Made by a program: the position numbers and the translations under genes. Shown piece by piece: positions 12,581 to 25,862 of a stretch of DNA of 64,000 nt. Numbering within the stretch: the stretch's first letter is position 1; each line of letters starts with the position of its first letter. The notes under the pieces are model-generated. The model saw only the letters and a list, made by a program, of their open reading frames with translations, had not been told where the DNA came from and searched no databases. The DNA is from Gnetum montanum (lineage: Eukaryota > Plantae > Gnetophyta): positions 19,389 to 83,388 of the forward strand of contig MNCI01003076.1 in the NCBI GenBank assembly GCA_015680685.1, in the 5' to 3' direction.

Positions 12581-15500
12581 TCATGAAGCATCATCTTGTC
12601 AAGTGCATCAGTTGGTTGAGATATCGTAGATGTTATATCATAGAGCATCCTTGTTAGTGCATCTCAATTGGCTACTACATTGTAGATGCTATATTACATT
12701 TGCTATATCATAGATGCAATATCGTATCTACTATAACTTAGCTATGTCAATGCATCCTCATTGATGTAGCCCCTTTGATGCATCCCCATTAACATAACTA
12801 AATGCGTTAATGCATCCCCATAAATGCAATGCCTGTACTTGCCTATAAATATGCAAGCACTCACTGTGTATTGGGAATCATTTGATTAGTAGTGCAACCA
12901 GACTCTTGTAATTTTATTTCATAATCTTAGCAAACTATCAATGAGTGCCCACAATGTGGATTTGAGTCAATTGTATGACATCTTATTCAAGCGGCATTGT
13001 ACCTAGACACATTCCATGAATGACAATAAGATTGAGATTGATTCATATTCATTATAACACTTTGACTTGGAACAGCTTTACTTTCAATGTAATTTATTTT
13101 TTATGTACGTAGTTAATATTTACATTTCCATGCATGTTAATCAATCAGCGTGTGATGGGTGATGAGATACCCCTACACTCAACCATATGAAATGAGCATA
13201 GCACACGCGATTCAGTCGAACTCCACAGAATAAATGCCTAAACGCCGCAAGGAACACTTGGGGTTAATTAATCATTGTCTTCCCAAACTTATTTGTTGTT
13301 GTCACGGTGTATGGTTAAGTAAGTCCGAGGTATATGATTTTTTTGGTCTTTTACAGTTTATCTCCTATGCTAACGGTGAAGGGTTGAGAGACTAAAACTA
13401 ATTCTAACTACAACACTAAGTCCTAGCGTTAGCATCCGTTCCCACTTGCCGTACACACCCTGAACTGTGCAACTATGGCTACCAAACGCTAATCGTTACT
13501 GGGATTACCACACGTAACGCACGTGCTCGAAGCGGTCGTACTGAGGCACCTAACTAGCCTAAGTGTGACAAGCAGCCGATTCCTTGACTAGCCGTACACA
13601 TCCGTAGATGCTCGTAATCAAGTCGTACTTGTCCCACGTTCTAGGAGGTAAGGGTGAGAGAATCTAATCGCGATGAGTAGCCGATTCCTTGGCTAGCCGT
13701 ACACGTTCGTCAATGCTCGTAACCAAGTCGTACTCATGCCGCGTTACTAGGAAAGCAATAAATAACATTAATTAAACCTATCCATGCACTGCAAGGTTTA
13801 TCCACAAAGTTCATCTTTATTTCCGTACACAACTTGAGTTCAGGTACAAAGCTGCTCGAATAAAGAACCATTCACTTGGGGGACTCCTACTGCGGGCACA
13901 TGGAAAATATTCTATCTCTGGGGTGATAAATCCGCCAGAGCTTCGCTACTTTACGCCTATGATATCAAATGAGGGGAGTGCCGCCTCTTATTTATAGATT
14001 TGGCAGCGGACCGCGATATCGCGTACGCAATATCGCAAGGGATGCGATATCACGTCGGACGCGATATCGCATATGCGATATCGCGGCCTGTGCAATTCAC
14101 GTCTCATCAGCGTGAAATGAGCATGATCAATTTCAAGCATAAACACATCTTTGGTTGGTAATCCCAGTAGTCTTATTGCTTGATTCGCCTAGTAACATAA
14201 CACTTGGTAATCACAGTAGTGGATATGTGACTTCAAGATGTGTATGACAAGCTAGAAATGGACACTCATCACACTTAGGATAGTTTAGGATTTATCTTCT
14301 TATTATTAATTAGTTTAAATACTTAATTTTCATACTTTCATATAATTTAGCCTTGGCCACACAACATTAATAATCATATGCCTTACTTTGGACTAAACCA
14401 AATGTGACCAAACTACCACTAGTCTAAGTGAAAAGACAACAACCTATAATCAATGTTTAACAATCTAGATACCACACTAGTCCCATCCATGAAATTCAAT
14501 CAAATTGCATGTGAATGCTTATGATTTGTATGGTTGGATGTAGGGGGTACATGTTGCTCATCATTGGCACCATTGCTAGTGATGATGCTAGTGATCTAGA
14601 TTAGCTATATTATAAACAATCATTGTAAAAGCATTAACGACTTGTCTTTTAAGAAAAATTAATATTTTAAGTCACACACATTATTAATTGAAAACATGTC
14701 TCCTTCACATGGGTCAATAATCCATCACATGATGAGAATACTAGTACAAACAATGGTAGGATCTACATTGAAGAGAATTGGAGTGAATCACTAGATGCAA
14801 GGGTCTCATATGCTTATTGAGATCCTTACTACATTCCAAGACTACATTCAACTAATGCAAACAACCCTAGAAGGGATGGAACAAATCCTAGAACAAGGAG
14901 GACCTCAAGGCCTAGGACCTCCTCCAAACCTAGAAGAGATAAATTAAGGGACTATAGGGGAAGATATAGAAGCCATAGTGATTCTTCCAACGCATCTTCA
15001 ACATCTAGTTCTAACAAAGATGAACGTAGGTATAGAGATAGAGCTCCACAAAGGGATCAAGATGAAGATAGAAATAGAATGCAAAGGCAAGATGAAAGAC
15101 ATCAAAGTGAGCATAGATGAGATCATTGCTATCAGAAAAATAGAAATAGAAATTATCACCATGACATGTTTGATGATGATGAACCTTTACTAGCTACTAG
15201 AACCATGATATAGATCATAGAGGTAGTTAGGATATCCCATAAGTATCACAAGGAAATTCCCATCAAATGTCTTGATATGAATAACATTCCTAAATTTGAG
15301 GGAGGCTATAATTCTAATCCACAATATCATTTACAAGCCTTCCATGATGTCTGCGCCTTACAAAACATTGAAAGTAGGTGGCAAAAACTTAAGCTATTTC
15401 CGAGGACACTAATCGAAGAAGCTAAAAGTTGGTATAGATCTTTGGAACCAGATTCAATCCATCAATGATCCACAATGCTTGAGCTCTTCAACAAAAAATA

Positions 15501-16330
15501 TCAAACCTATGAAAGAGTCTTCAATATAAGAAAATAAATCCAAGGATAGATACAAGAAAACCATGAATCCTTAGATGTAGCCTTGGACAAATACTATTCT
15601 TTACTACATAGATGTCCAAGCCATGGCTTTTCTAAAAAAGAGCAGCTTGTCCCTCAAGATCTATGCCCAAGGATGATTATCAGAACTGAGCCCATCAAAT
15701 ACAAAGGCTAGTTGAACAGGTGGCAAAAGAAGAAGGAGAGCTATGTAAAAGGGAGAGTGTAGAGGAATATAATTGGGATCCAACTCTCTATGAAAAAGAG
15801 GTCCATATTAATAATCAAGTAAAAGAGACAACTCATGATGAGTTAATTTCACACAAAACCTTGCTAATACAAAATTCTATCATTAAGATTGAAACAAGGG
15901 TAGATAAGATATGGGATTTGATTAATGAAAAAGTTACAAAAAACTTAAAAATCATAGAGGAGAAGGTAAAGCAAAAAGGATTAAGTGATCAAAATAGGAA
16001 GAGGGAAAAAAACAAAGAAATAGGTAAGGATACTTGTTGGAAAAAAGGAAAGATAACTATAGTAGAAGAGGTTACAAACTCATATACAGAGGACAATGAT
16101 GAATGTGACATTTGTCAATATGAACATCCAAAGGGCTATTGCCTAGTTATGTTACATCTACAAGAGTTTGGGGCTTTTTCTTTGAATCCCAAGTTTGTAG
16201 AAAGGAAAATGCCTAGAAGATTACCTTACCCATAAGGTAATTATAGATAATTCTACAACCAATTGTAATATCCCAGTGGGACTTCTTATTTGTAATGCTT
16301 GAAAATCTCAGTTGTTGGAAGATCAAAAAA
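12581..16330 (+). mobile_element. Athila-like LTR (12581-14563, interrupted) plus PBS and degenerate gag
   Basis: LTR ends CTCATCA at 14563, followed by degenerate PBS TTGGCACCATTGCTAGTGA. gag remnants at 15277-16235 (NNIPKFEGG...KLKLFPRTLIEEAKSWYRSL; CDICQYEHPKGYC). Confidence 0.8.
13153..14109 (-). mobile_element. Solo LTR (957 bp) of an Athila-like subfamily
   Basis: TGATG...CATCA ends; exact TSD GCGTG at 13148-13152 and 14110-14114; TATA on - near 13990; terminus homologous to the LTR at 6811. Confidence 0.9.
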
Positions 16331-16332
16331 AT

Positions 16333-19300
16333 TATGCAATCACCCACTACATATGAGGCACCTTTTGGTCAATTTTGTAGCTAGACTCTTACAGTTCTAT
16401 TTTGTGATCTTAGAAAAGAGTCAATGCATGCCTATAGTATGAATTTGAGTCAGTTGTATGGCATCTTATCCAAGTGGCATTATACCTAAACACATTCCAT
16501 GAACGATAATAAGGTTGAGATTGATTCACATTCATTGCAACACTTTGACTTAGATTATTAATTCGCATTCATTGCAGCACTTTGACTTAGATTAGATTTA
16601 CTTTCCATGCAATTCACTCTTTATGTACTTAGTTAATATTTACATTTTCATGCATGTTAATCAATTGGAGGAACGAGTGAGACCAGTTTTGAGTGTAAAC
16701 ACATATTTGCTTGTTAATCCCACCAACGTTATTACTTGGTTCACCTAGTAGCATAACGCTTGGTAATCCTAGTAGTTGATACGTGGGTTCAAAACATGTA
16801 CAACAAGTTGGGAATGAACACTAATCGCTCTTAGGCTAGTTTAGAATTTATCTTCTTGTTATTAATTAAGTTAAATAATTAATTTTTCTATTAGTGTTAA
16901 GATTAGTTTCATGCTACAACAACATCAACTATCATATGCCTCACTTCTGACTAAATCATACGAGATAAAGCTACTAGTAGTCCAAGTGGGAAGACAGTAT
17001 CCTACAATCAATGCTTAACAATCTAGATGCCACAACTAGTCCCATCCATAGAATTTGAACAAATCATGCATGAATGCTTGTGATTCATATGGTTGGTCAT
17101 AGGGGGTATCCATCGCTCATCATTGGCGCCGTTGTTGGGGATGATGCTAATTATCTAGATTGGTTATATTATAAATGATCATTGTAAAAGTATTAATGAT
17201 TTATCTTTTAGAAAATAATAATATTTTAAGTGACACACATTAAAAATAGGTCTTTTTCACATAGGTACAATAATGCATCATACGATGAGAACACTTGTAG
17301 GAGAAATTATAATATCTATACTGAAGAAAATTGGAGTGAACAACCTCAAGCAGGGGTTTCATATGCTTATTTAGATCCTTATTACACCCAAAGACTATGT
17401 TTAACTAACGTAGGTAATCCTAGCGTAGATGGAGTAAGTCCTAGAATAAGGAGGGCCTCAAGGCCTAGGACCTCCTCTAAACCTAAAAGAGATAAATCAA
17501 GGGACCATGGGAAGATATATAGGGGCCATGGCAATTCTTCTAGTTCTTCATCTTCCTCTTTCTCTTCAACATCTAGTTCTAATAAAAATGAATGTAGGTA
17601 TAGAGACAGAGCTCTGCTCAAGGATCAACATGAAGATAGAAATAGAATGCAAGAGCAAGATGAAGGACATCAAAATGAGCATAGACAAGATCTTTACAAT
17701 CAAACAAATAGAAATAGAGATTATCACCATGACATGTCTGATGCAAATGAACCCTTATTGGCTACTAGGGGCATGATATAGGTTAGAGAGATAGTTCAAA
17801 TACCTCAAAGGCATCAAAGGGAAAGCTGCATCAAATGGCTTGATATGAACAACATTCCTAAATTTAAGGGAGGCTATAATTCTAATCAACAACATCACTT
17901 ACAAGCCTTCCATGATGTCTACGCCTTATAAAATATTGAAAGTAAGTAGCAAAAGCTTAAGCTCTTTCCTAGGATACTAATAGATAAAGCTAAAAGTTGG
18001 TATATATCATTAGAACCAAATTCAATCCACCAATGATCCACAATGTTGGAACGTTTCAATGAAAAATACCAAACCTATGCAAGAGTGTCCAACCTAAGAA
18101 AACAAATCCAAGGATGGAAGTAAGAAAATCATGAACCCTTGGATGTGGCCTTGGATAAATACTATTCTCTACTACATAGATGTACATGCCATGATTTTTC
18201 TTAAAAAGAGCAGCTTTTCCACATCATAGATGGGCTTCATAATCAAATGATGGAGACCCTTGGGATTTATGTCCAAGGTTGATTATCCAAATTGAAAGCC
18301 CATCAAATACAAAGGCTAGTTGAGTAAGTGGCAAAAGAAGAAGGAGAGCTATGCAAAGTAGAGAGTGAAGAGGATTATAACTAGGACCTAACTCTTCAAA
18401 AGAAGGGGCTCCACATCTATAATGAGGAAAAAGAGGTAGCTCTTGATGAGATGATCACAACAAACCTTGCATATATAAAAGTCTATTGCTGAGCTTGAAG
18501 CAAGGATAGATAAGATGTGGGAGTTGATGAATGAAAAAGTTACAACCTACATGAAAACCTTAGAGGAGAGGGTAACGCAAAAAAGATCAAGTGATAAAAA
18601 AAAAGAGGAAAAAGACTAAAGAAACAAGTAGGAACGCTTATCGACAAAAAGGAAAAATAGCTATAGTAGAAGAGGTTATAAACTCAACCACAGATGAGGA
18701 TAATGGATGTGACATCTACCAATATGACCATTCAAATGGCTATTTTCCAATTATGTTACATCTATAAGAGTTCTGGGCTTTTGCTTTGAATTCCAATTTT
18801 GTACAAAAGCAAATGCCTAGAAAATTACCTTACTCCCAAGGTAATTATAAACAGTCCTACAATCAACCATACTATTCTAGTGGGACTTCTTATCAACTAT
18901 AATGGGAAAACCAACTATCATGGGGGATGCCATCATCCAACCAACAATACCCTAATTGTAAGCCGAACCCTTATGACTACTATGTTCAACAACATGTTTC
19001 TTTAAATGGTTCTGCTTGCTCTACCTCAAATTACTACTATCACTCTTCCGAATATTATTAATCTGCAACATCTCCTGTGGGATCACCATCTTGCACCTCT
19101 TATCCTCTATCATGTTCTTAATATTCTCATGCTTTCCTCCACCAGATGTCACCACCATCAACATAGGAAGGATTGGTACCACAACATCAATGGAAAAATG
19201 TCACTTATGCTATAAACATACATGTAAATAATAATAATAGCATATATCAACCATAATCACCAAAACTTCCTTTCTTTAGGATAATTCCCATACATGAGCA

Positions 19301-22300
19301 CAAAACTCGTAGACCTACTAGCTTATCAAAATTAGCACAAGGCCCATCTAGTGCAACATCCTTCCTTGGTAGAATAATGTCTCCTAATCATACACAAAAG
19401 CCAACAGCCATCACCACTCTAACACAAGATGTAAAAAATAAACCTATCACTATGGAGAAACTATAAACTCCATGCATCACTAATAATGATAAAGGGTGCA
19501 ATTGTGGGTCAAAAGTTCAAAATATTAACACAATCCCTATACCAACCCACAACAAAGCTAAGAGACAAGTGTGCAAGCAGAACCAAGTCTACACAGTAGC
19601 CACTAAACCAAAAGGCACCCAATGGCTTGAAAATGAGAGTACAAAACTATTTAAAAGATGCAGGAAACAACCAATCCACTTATTAGTTCTAGTCTTAAGG
19701 AAATGGACCAAACAAAGAACTTAGACACAGACATATTACACTCTAACTATACATCAACAAAATATTTGAAACAAGAGGATCCAAGAATTAATATAGAGAA
19801 TAAAGAAGAAGAAGAAAATGCATCTAGACCCTCTAAAAAGCAAGTACCTTCAAGTCAAGTTGAAGATATGTCTCCAAATGATCGGAATGAGATTGTCATC
19901 AATGTTAAATATGCTACCATGTGAACAATTAAATCATTATAGATGATAAATGGAAAAATTGTGGTGTATAACCAAGGTGTGTGGTCCATTTCGTGAATGC
20001 TCATCATAAGTTTAGTCATGGGGGAGATGCCCCATCCTAAATGAAGAACTGATAAGTGCTTCTCATTTTTTTGTTTTACATTTTTTTATCATTTTCCTGT
20101 TTCTTTCAACATTTTTCAATTTTTAATATGTTTTTCATTTCTTGTTATTTTTCTTTTCTTTATCATTTTATCTTTTCTTAAGTCATTTTCTTCATGTTTT
20201 ATGAATGTCTTCTATGTTTTTGTTAATAATACTGTCAATCATGATGCATAAGTTAACATTATGTGTTAGGTTTTTGTTCTATGCTATCAAGATGATTAAT
20301 TGTGTAAACCAATGAGACCACTTCCTCCATCCCTCTATTTGTCCAAATAAAACATCTTAGTCATGAAAAAAATATGGTTCTTTTAACATGAAACTGAAAT
20401 TAATGACTGATCATTGTGCCTTGAAGAAAGAGGAAAAGACCAAGTGAGAATGATAAGGGTATGACCTCAAGGGGATTTGTTGGACTCTCTTCTTGACTTC
20501 CTTCGTGTGGTTTATGACTCCTCTAGGAACATATCATCATTCCTCCATTACCTAATAAATAGGAAACTATGTCTTTGCCTAGTGTGATTCCCATTGATTC
20601 ACAAAAATTTATAAGAAAACAAACAATGGGAATTCAAAGCACACCTCTCAAATAATAATGGGATGCAAGCACTGGATATGGAGCTAGAAATACATGTTAC
20701 CCATGCCTGAAGGCACCCCTCTACCTAAGGCCCTTCCTTCATTCTTCTCTTTTTAGAGTGATGATCATTCTTTGTGGTTGTTGTGGACTCATGATGGTAG
20801 GCAAGAAGGAACACATCAATGCAAGGTCATTGTTACTAGTATGGACTTAATATGAAACTTTCATGGATAGGTATGCTAATATTTTTAATCACATTCGATA
20901 CAAAAGCCTATTGTAGACATGGTAAAGTACCTTACATTCCAATCTCTACAATCCTTTTTTATTCCATTATTCACCTCACTGCTGCATACAATTATGAGCC
21001 TCTTGGTTTTCTATAGTATAGTGCAAAATTCCAACCAAGACAATTGTGTGTTGTTTGGAACAAAGGCATGCTTTACATTTAACTTCTAAGATGTCCATGA
21101 ACATCTATAGAAGTGGTTATGCAAGGGCATTATGGTAGAAGCCTACTTTGGGAAGGACCCACTTCCATAACTTGTGTTGATCATGGCTTTGAACTAAACC
21201 TCACATCTTCCAGACCATCATTGATAACTTCTCTAAATTTATGCATGATTTTGGAACTACTTCTCATCAATTTCAATTAATTTTTTCTACTTTTATATTA
21301 AAATATCCTTCAAATTCAAAATTTCTTGGCCATCTTCTGAATTAGACCTTTGGTTTTAATTATTCAAAAGTTTATGGAATTTCAAAGTTACACTCATTAG
21401 TCATGGGGGCTATAGATGTACCTTTTAAAATTTTTGAAATTTTTCTAATATCCTATTTTCAAACATTATGGTAAAAAATAGTAATTAATCACAATAATGT
21501 GAATAGCTTAATGATTTTAGTTACCTCATAGCCTTAGGAATAGGACTTTTTCATCACCTTGTGCTTAACTACTAACATTTTTTAAGCTAAGCTAACTAAG
21601 GGATCCGAAAAGGGTTAATTATTAAGGAAATTTTACCAAAACTAATGTCGATCCTTTGGTGATTGCAAGTGATGCTAAGAAAAGCCTAAGGTAGAAGGTC
21701 TTTTGTAACGCAAACAAACGAAACCAAGAGAAGGACAGAGGATATGCCCATGTACAAATAGCAGCACATATAAGGATTAAGGATCAAACATCATATGTTT
21801 GCTAGATCCATGGGATGATGAAAAGAAATTTTAGTCCATCCTTTAGGAATGTTCTACATAAATAGAGAAACATCAAAATCACAATCAAGGTTGGAAGTCT
21901 ACTACCACTAGCGACAACAAGAAGATTTATCTTCCGTGAATTTTTGAAAACCTTTGCAAATTTTGTAAACTTCAATGTATATCCAATCTTTTTATCATTT
22001 TGTAATACATCCACTCGAATAAAATTTTGTAATGTGGCACTCAAAGTGAGTTAGTAGTTAGCGTTAATCAATAATTTCATAAATTTCCAATTTTGTAAAG
22101 AAAGCTCAATCCTATTCTGTTAACTCGAGGATCAATCATGGGGGTATGATATATCAGCAGTTAGCTACATCGATGAGCATGCATCAACGCATCCCTGTTG
22201 ATGCATGCGCTGATGCATTGATGCATATGCGTCAACACAATGTCTTTCCTCACCTATAAATATGCAAGCACCTGCTGCATATGAGGCACCTTTTGGTCAA

Positions 22301-22975
22301 TTTTGTAGCTAGACTCTTGCAGTTTCATTTCATAATCTTAGGAAATAGTTAGTAAGTGCCCACAGTGGAAATTTGAGTCAATTGTACAACATCTTATTCA
22401 AGTGGCATTGTACCTAGACACATTCCATGAACTAAAATAAGATTAAGATTGATTCACATTCATTGTAGCACTTTGACTTAGATTAGATTTACTTTCCATG
22501 TAACTTACTCTTCATGTACTTAGTTAATATTTACATTTCCATGTATATAAACACGTTTTCGCTTAGTAATCCCAACAATGTTATTGCTTAGTTTACTTAG
22601 TAGCATAATGCTTGGTAATCCTAGTAGTAGATACATGCATTCAAGACGTGTATGGCAAGCTAGGAACGAACACTCATCACCCTTAGGCTAGTTTAGAATT
22701 TATCTTCCTATTGTTAATTAGGTTAAATAATTAATTTTTCTATTATTGTTAGGATTAGTTTAAGGCTGTAATGACATCAACTATCATATGCCTCACTTTG
22801 AACTAAAAAAATATGTGAAAGAGCTACCACTAATCCAAGTGGGAAGATAGCATCCTACAATTAATGCTTAATAATATAGATGCTATAACTAGTCCCATCC
22901 ATGGAATTCGATTAGATCATGCATGAATGCTAGTTATTCATAGGGTTGGGCATAGGGGGTACCCACTGCTCATCA
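16333..22975 (+). mobile_element. Non-autonomous gag-only Athila-like element
   Basis: 5'-truncated LTR ending CTCATCA at 17122; PBS TTGGCGCCGTTGTTGGGGA at 17123-17141; disrupted gag ~17240-19900; internal PPT TCATGGGGGA at 20016; 3' PPT TCATGGGGGTA; 3' LTR 22147-22975. Confidence 0.85.
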
Positions 22976-23934
22976 AAAACAAACCTAGGAATCTATTATA
23001 AGGATTCTAAGAAACGAATCAAGCATCAAGGACATCTAATGAGGAGCTGTGTTACCCCAATTTCTCTCTTATGCTTGTACCTTATACAGATTTGTTAAGA
23101 ACACTGCATATTTTGAAGCTAACAAGGAAATATAAGACTAGATTAATACATTGGCCTAGATCTAGATGGATCTCTGTGTATTAGGAGGATAGCATGAAGG
23201 AAATACATATGTGTTAGAAATGGGAGAAAGAGAGAATTAGAAAAGAGAATAAATTCTAGAATAATAAGAGTTGTTCTATAGAGAGGTAGAGTTTTTAGAA
23301 AGCTTTTCAAATCATCAAAATGCAAGAAAGAAACCAATTGTGCTTAGAAGCAAGAATATTCAAGAAGATGCTAACCCCTTCACATTTGGGTATATCCTCC
23401 TATTTATAGACCAAAAATGCCTTATACATTGTAAAGAAATGGCCCCTTGGAGCCCACAGAGTCTTCTAGAAGGTTATGGACATGAGAAATAATGTGTAGA
23501 TAGCTGATATAAAAAATAATGTTGGACATTGAAAGAAGAATTAGCATATGATGTTGAAGAGAAAAATTACATTGTACATTGAAAAGGAGATTTTATTAAA
23601 AAGTTGCAATTAGGATCAATGCAAGAGATAATGTCAAACATCAAAATTGAAAATAGTAGATAATCAAAAATGACATTGCAGATGACATGAGATGTCACTT
23701 CTAGAAAGCATTGAAGATGAAGACTAGAAACCATGTTGCCAATAATGTAGAACATTAAATATAGGCTTTTGAAGATGGCCTTGAGTTAAGAAGCCATAAA
23801 ATGTACCCAAAACTCTAAATTATATAGGATAAAGCCAAAGTAGGTATAACAGAATGGCCTCTAAAGTCTTCAAATTTGTGGAGTGTTTGACATGTTAGAA
23901 ATTCAAATGAGGTAAAGAAGTGGCTTAACATTAT

Positions 23935-25030
23935 ATGCCTTTGTCAATTCCCAAGGATGTGTGGGAAATTATGTCAATGGACTTTGTGAGTGAAATTCCA
24001 AAGACCAAAATTAAAAATGATTCTATCTTTGTTGTGGTGAATAGATTTTCCAAGATGGCACACTTCATTCTATGTAAAAAGGTGAGTGATGCATCTGATG
24101 TTGCAAATTTGTTTTTCCAAAATGTTATGAAATTTCATGGGATTTCTTTGAATATTGTTAGTGATAGAGACTCCATGTTCACTAGTCACTTTTGGTAGTC
24201 CCTTTGGAAAATTTTTGAGACAAAGTTAACTTTTTCTAGTACATATCATCCACAATTTGATGGTCAAACAAACATGGTTAATAAATCTTTGCTAAATATT
24301 TTAAGGTATTTATGTGATGGATAGCCTAATAGGTAGAAAAATTTATTGTCTCATGCTGAATTTTCCTATAATAATTTTTTTCATGATGCTATTGAAAAGA
24401 GCCCATTTGAAGTTAATTATGGTTTTTGCATAAAGATTTTGGATAATGTTAGGAGCTTTGATGGCGAAGCTCAATTGAGTATTGAATTTGTGCAAGAGAT
24501 GAAGAATATTCATGCTCTAGTAAAGGAAAATCTAGAGAAGAAAGCTAAAGAAAAAGTCCTCAAGAGGAATGTGGGCAAGAAGAAATCCAAGTTTGATATT
24601 GGTGATCTTGTTTAGGTATACTTGAAGAAGAAGAGAGTGAGAGATGCCAACTTCTCAAAGTTGAAAGCTGAGAAGATGGATCCTTTTAGGATAAGGGCCA
24701 AAATCAATGATAATTTTTTTGAGACTAACTTACCAAATAATATGGGTATGTCTTTTATGTTTAATGTTGTAGATCTTATGCATTACCATGGACTGGTAAA
24801 TGATGAAACCATGCAAGGTAGCATCAATGAGTTGAAGGGAGCTATTGACAATTCCAAGCCTTCACAAGAGAGGAAGACAACCATACTTAAGAGAAGAGAA
24901 ACTTCTAGCACTCATGGAGTGAAGAGGCATGAATACTTGATCCATTAGAAGGATCAAGTTGCTAATGATGCAGTATGGATTCATGAGACCAAACTTATTG
25001 ATTGGGGGATCACTTCTACCCCTACTTCCT
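23935..25030 (+). pseudogene. Ty3/gypsy chromovirus (CRM-like) integrase remnant with C-terminal chromodomain-like region
   Basis: WEIMSMDFV...[17 protein letters not shown]...[19 protein letters not shown]; GPY/F-module-like SKLK...DPFRIRAKINDN...FNVVDL; then EYLIH*KDQVANDAVW. Contains in-frame stops. Confidence 0.85.
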
Positions 25031-25067
25031 TGTTCACCTAAGTTCACTTTTTGATGGGTGGGAGAGC

Positions 25068-25862
25068 TAATGTAGGGAAACCTCTTTCGATCCCCTTTTT
25101 ATCCATACAAGTGGTTAGTTGAAGACTTCAGAAAGCTAGGAAGATGTATATCAGAGGATTGTCTTGTCTGAAAGCCAACCATGCACAGGAGACATTCCAA
25201 ATGCCTATGAGATGTGTAGCCAAAAGAGGAGACATCTTGCCAAGGAAGGAGATGTCTTTATGGAGATGTCTTGTTGCAGAAGAAGACATCTTATTTCAAT
25301 AGGATAAGTCTTGTCTAAGAACTAGAGTTGATAAGGAGATGTCTTGTCATGCCTGTAGATGTCCCATATGATTAAGAAAAGTTTCAAGTTGGTAGTTCTA
25401 ACGTGGGAAACAATTGAGAAAGATGAGAACAAGGATGGAAATAGCTAGAAATCTTCAAGTTGGTCATGGAAAAGATTTTCCTACAGTTCTTGTCTTGTAG
25501 TTAATAAATATTTTTTTGTGTTTCATGTTTTATGGCATGAAGAGGTACGCATGAGTGTTGGAAAAGAGATTGCATGAGAGGGTGTGCATCTTTGTGGTCA
25601 ATTATGTGTATTTGGTCATTGTGACTCTTATGTATGAGTTGAGATCTTAGTCCTCTATGGAGAAGAGATCTATTTTGATTGTGCCTTACATTGATGATGA
25701 ATGTTGTGTGGTTGTAGAGCCTCATGCTTTGCAATATCATGAAGTGTGTGAGTGATTTGTGATGTTTGTGGATTGTAAAATTGTTATAATTGTAATCTTC
25801 TTTTGGATTAATTAAAGATATCTAGTTTTCTTACTTTCTAGCAATTGAATTATCTTCATACA
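25068..25862 (+). mobile_element. Probable 3' LTR of the CRM-like element
   Basis: Follows the PPT GATGGGTGGGAGAGC; starts TAATGTAGG (degenerate TGATG); contains repeated GGAGATGTCTT motifs. Right end approximate. Confidence 0.5.
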
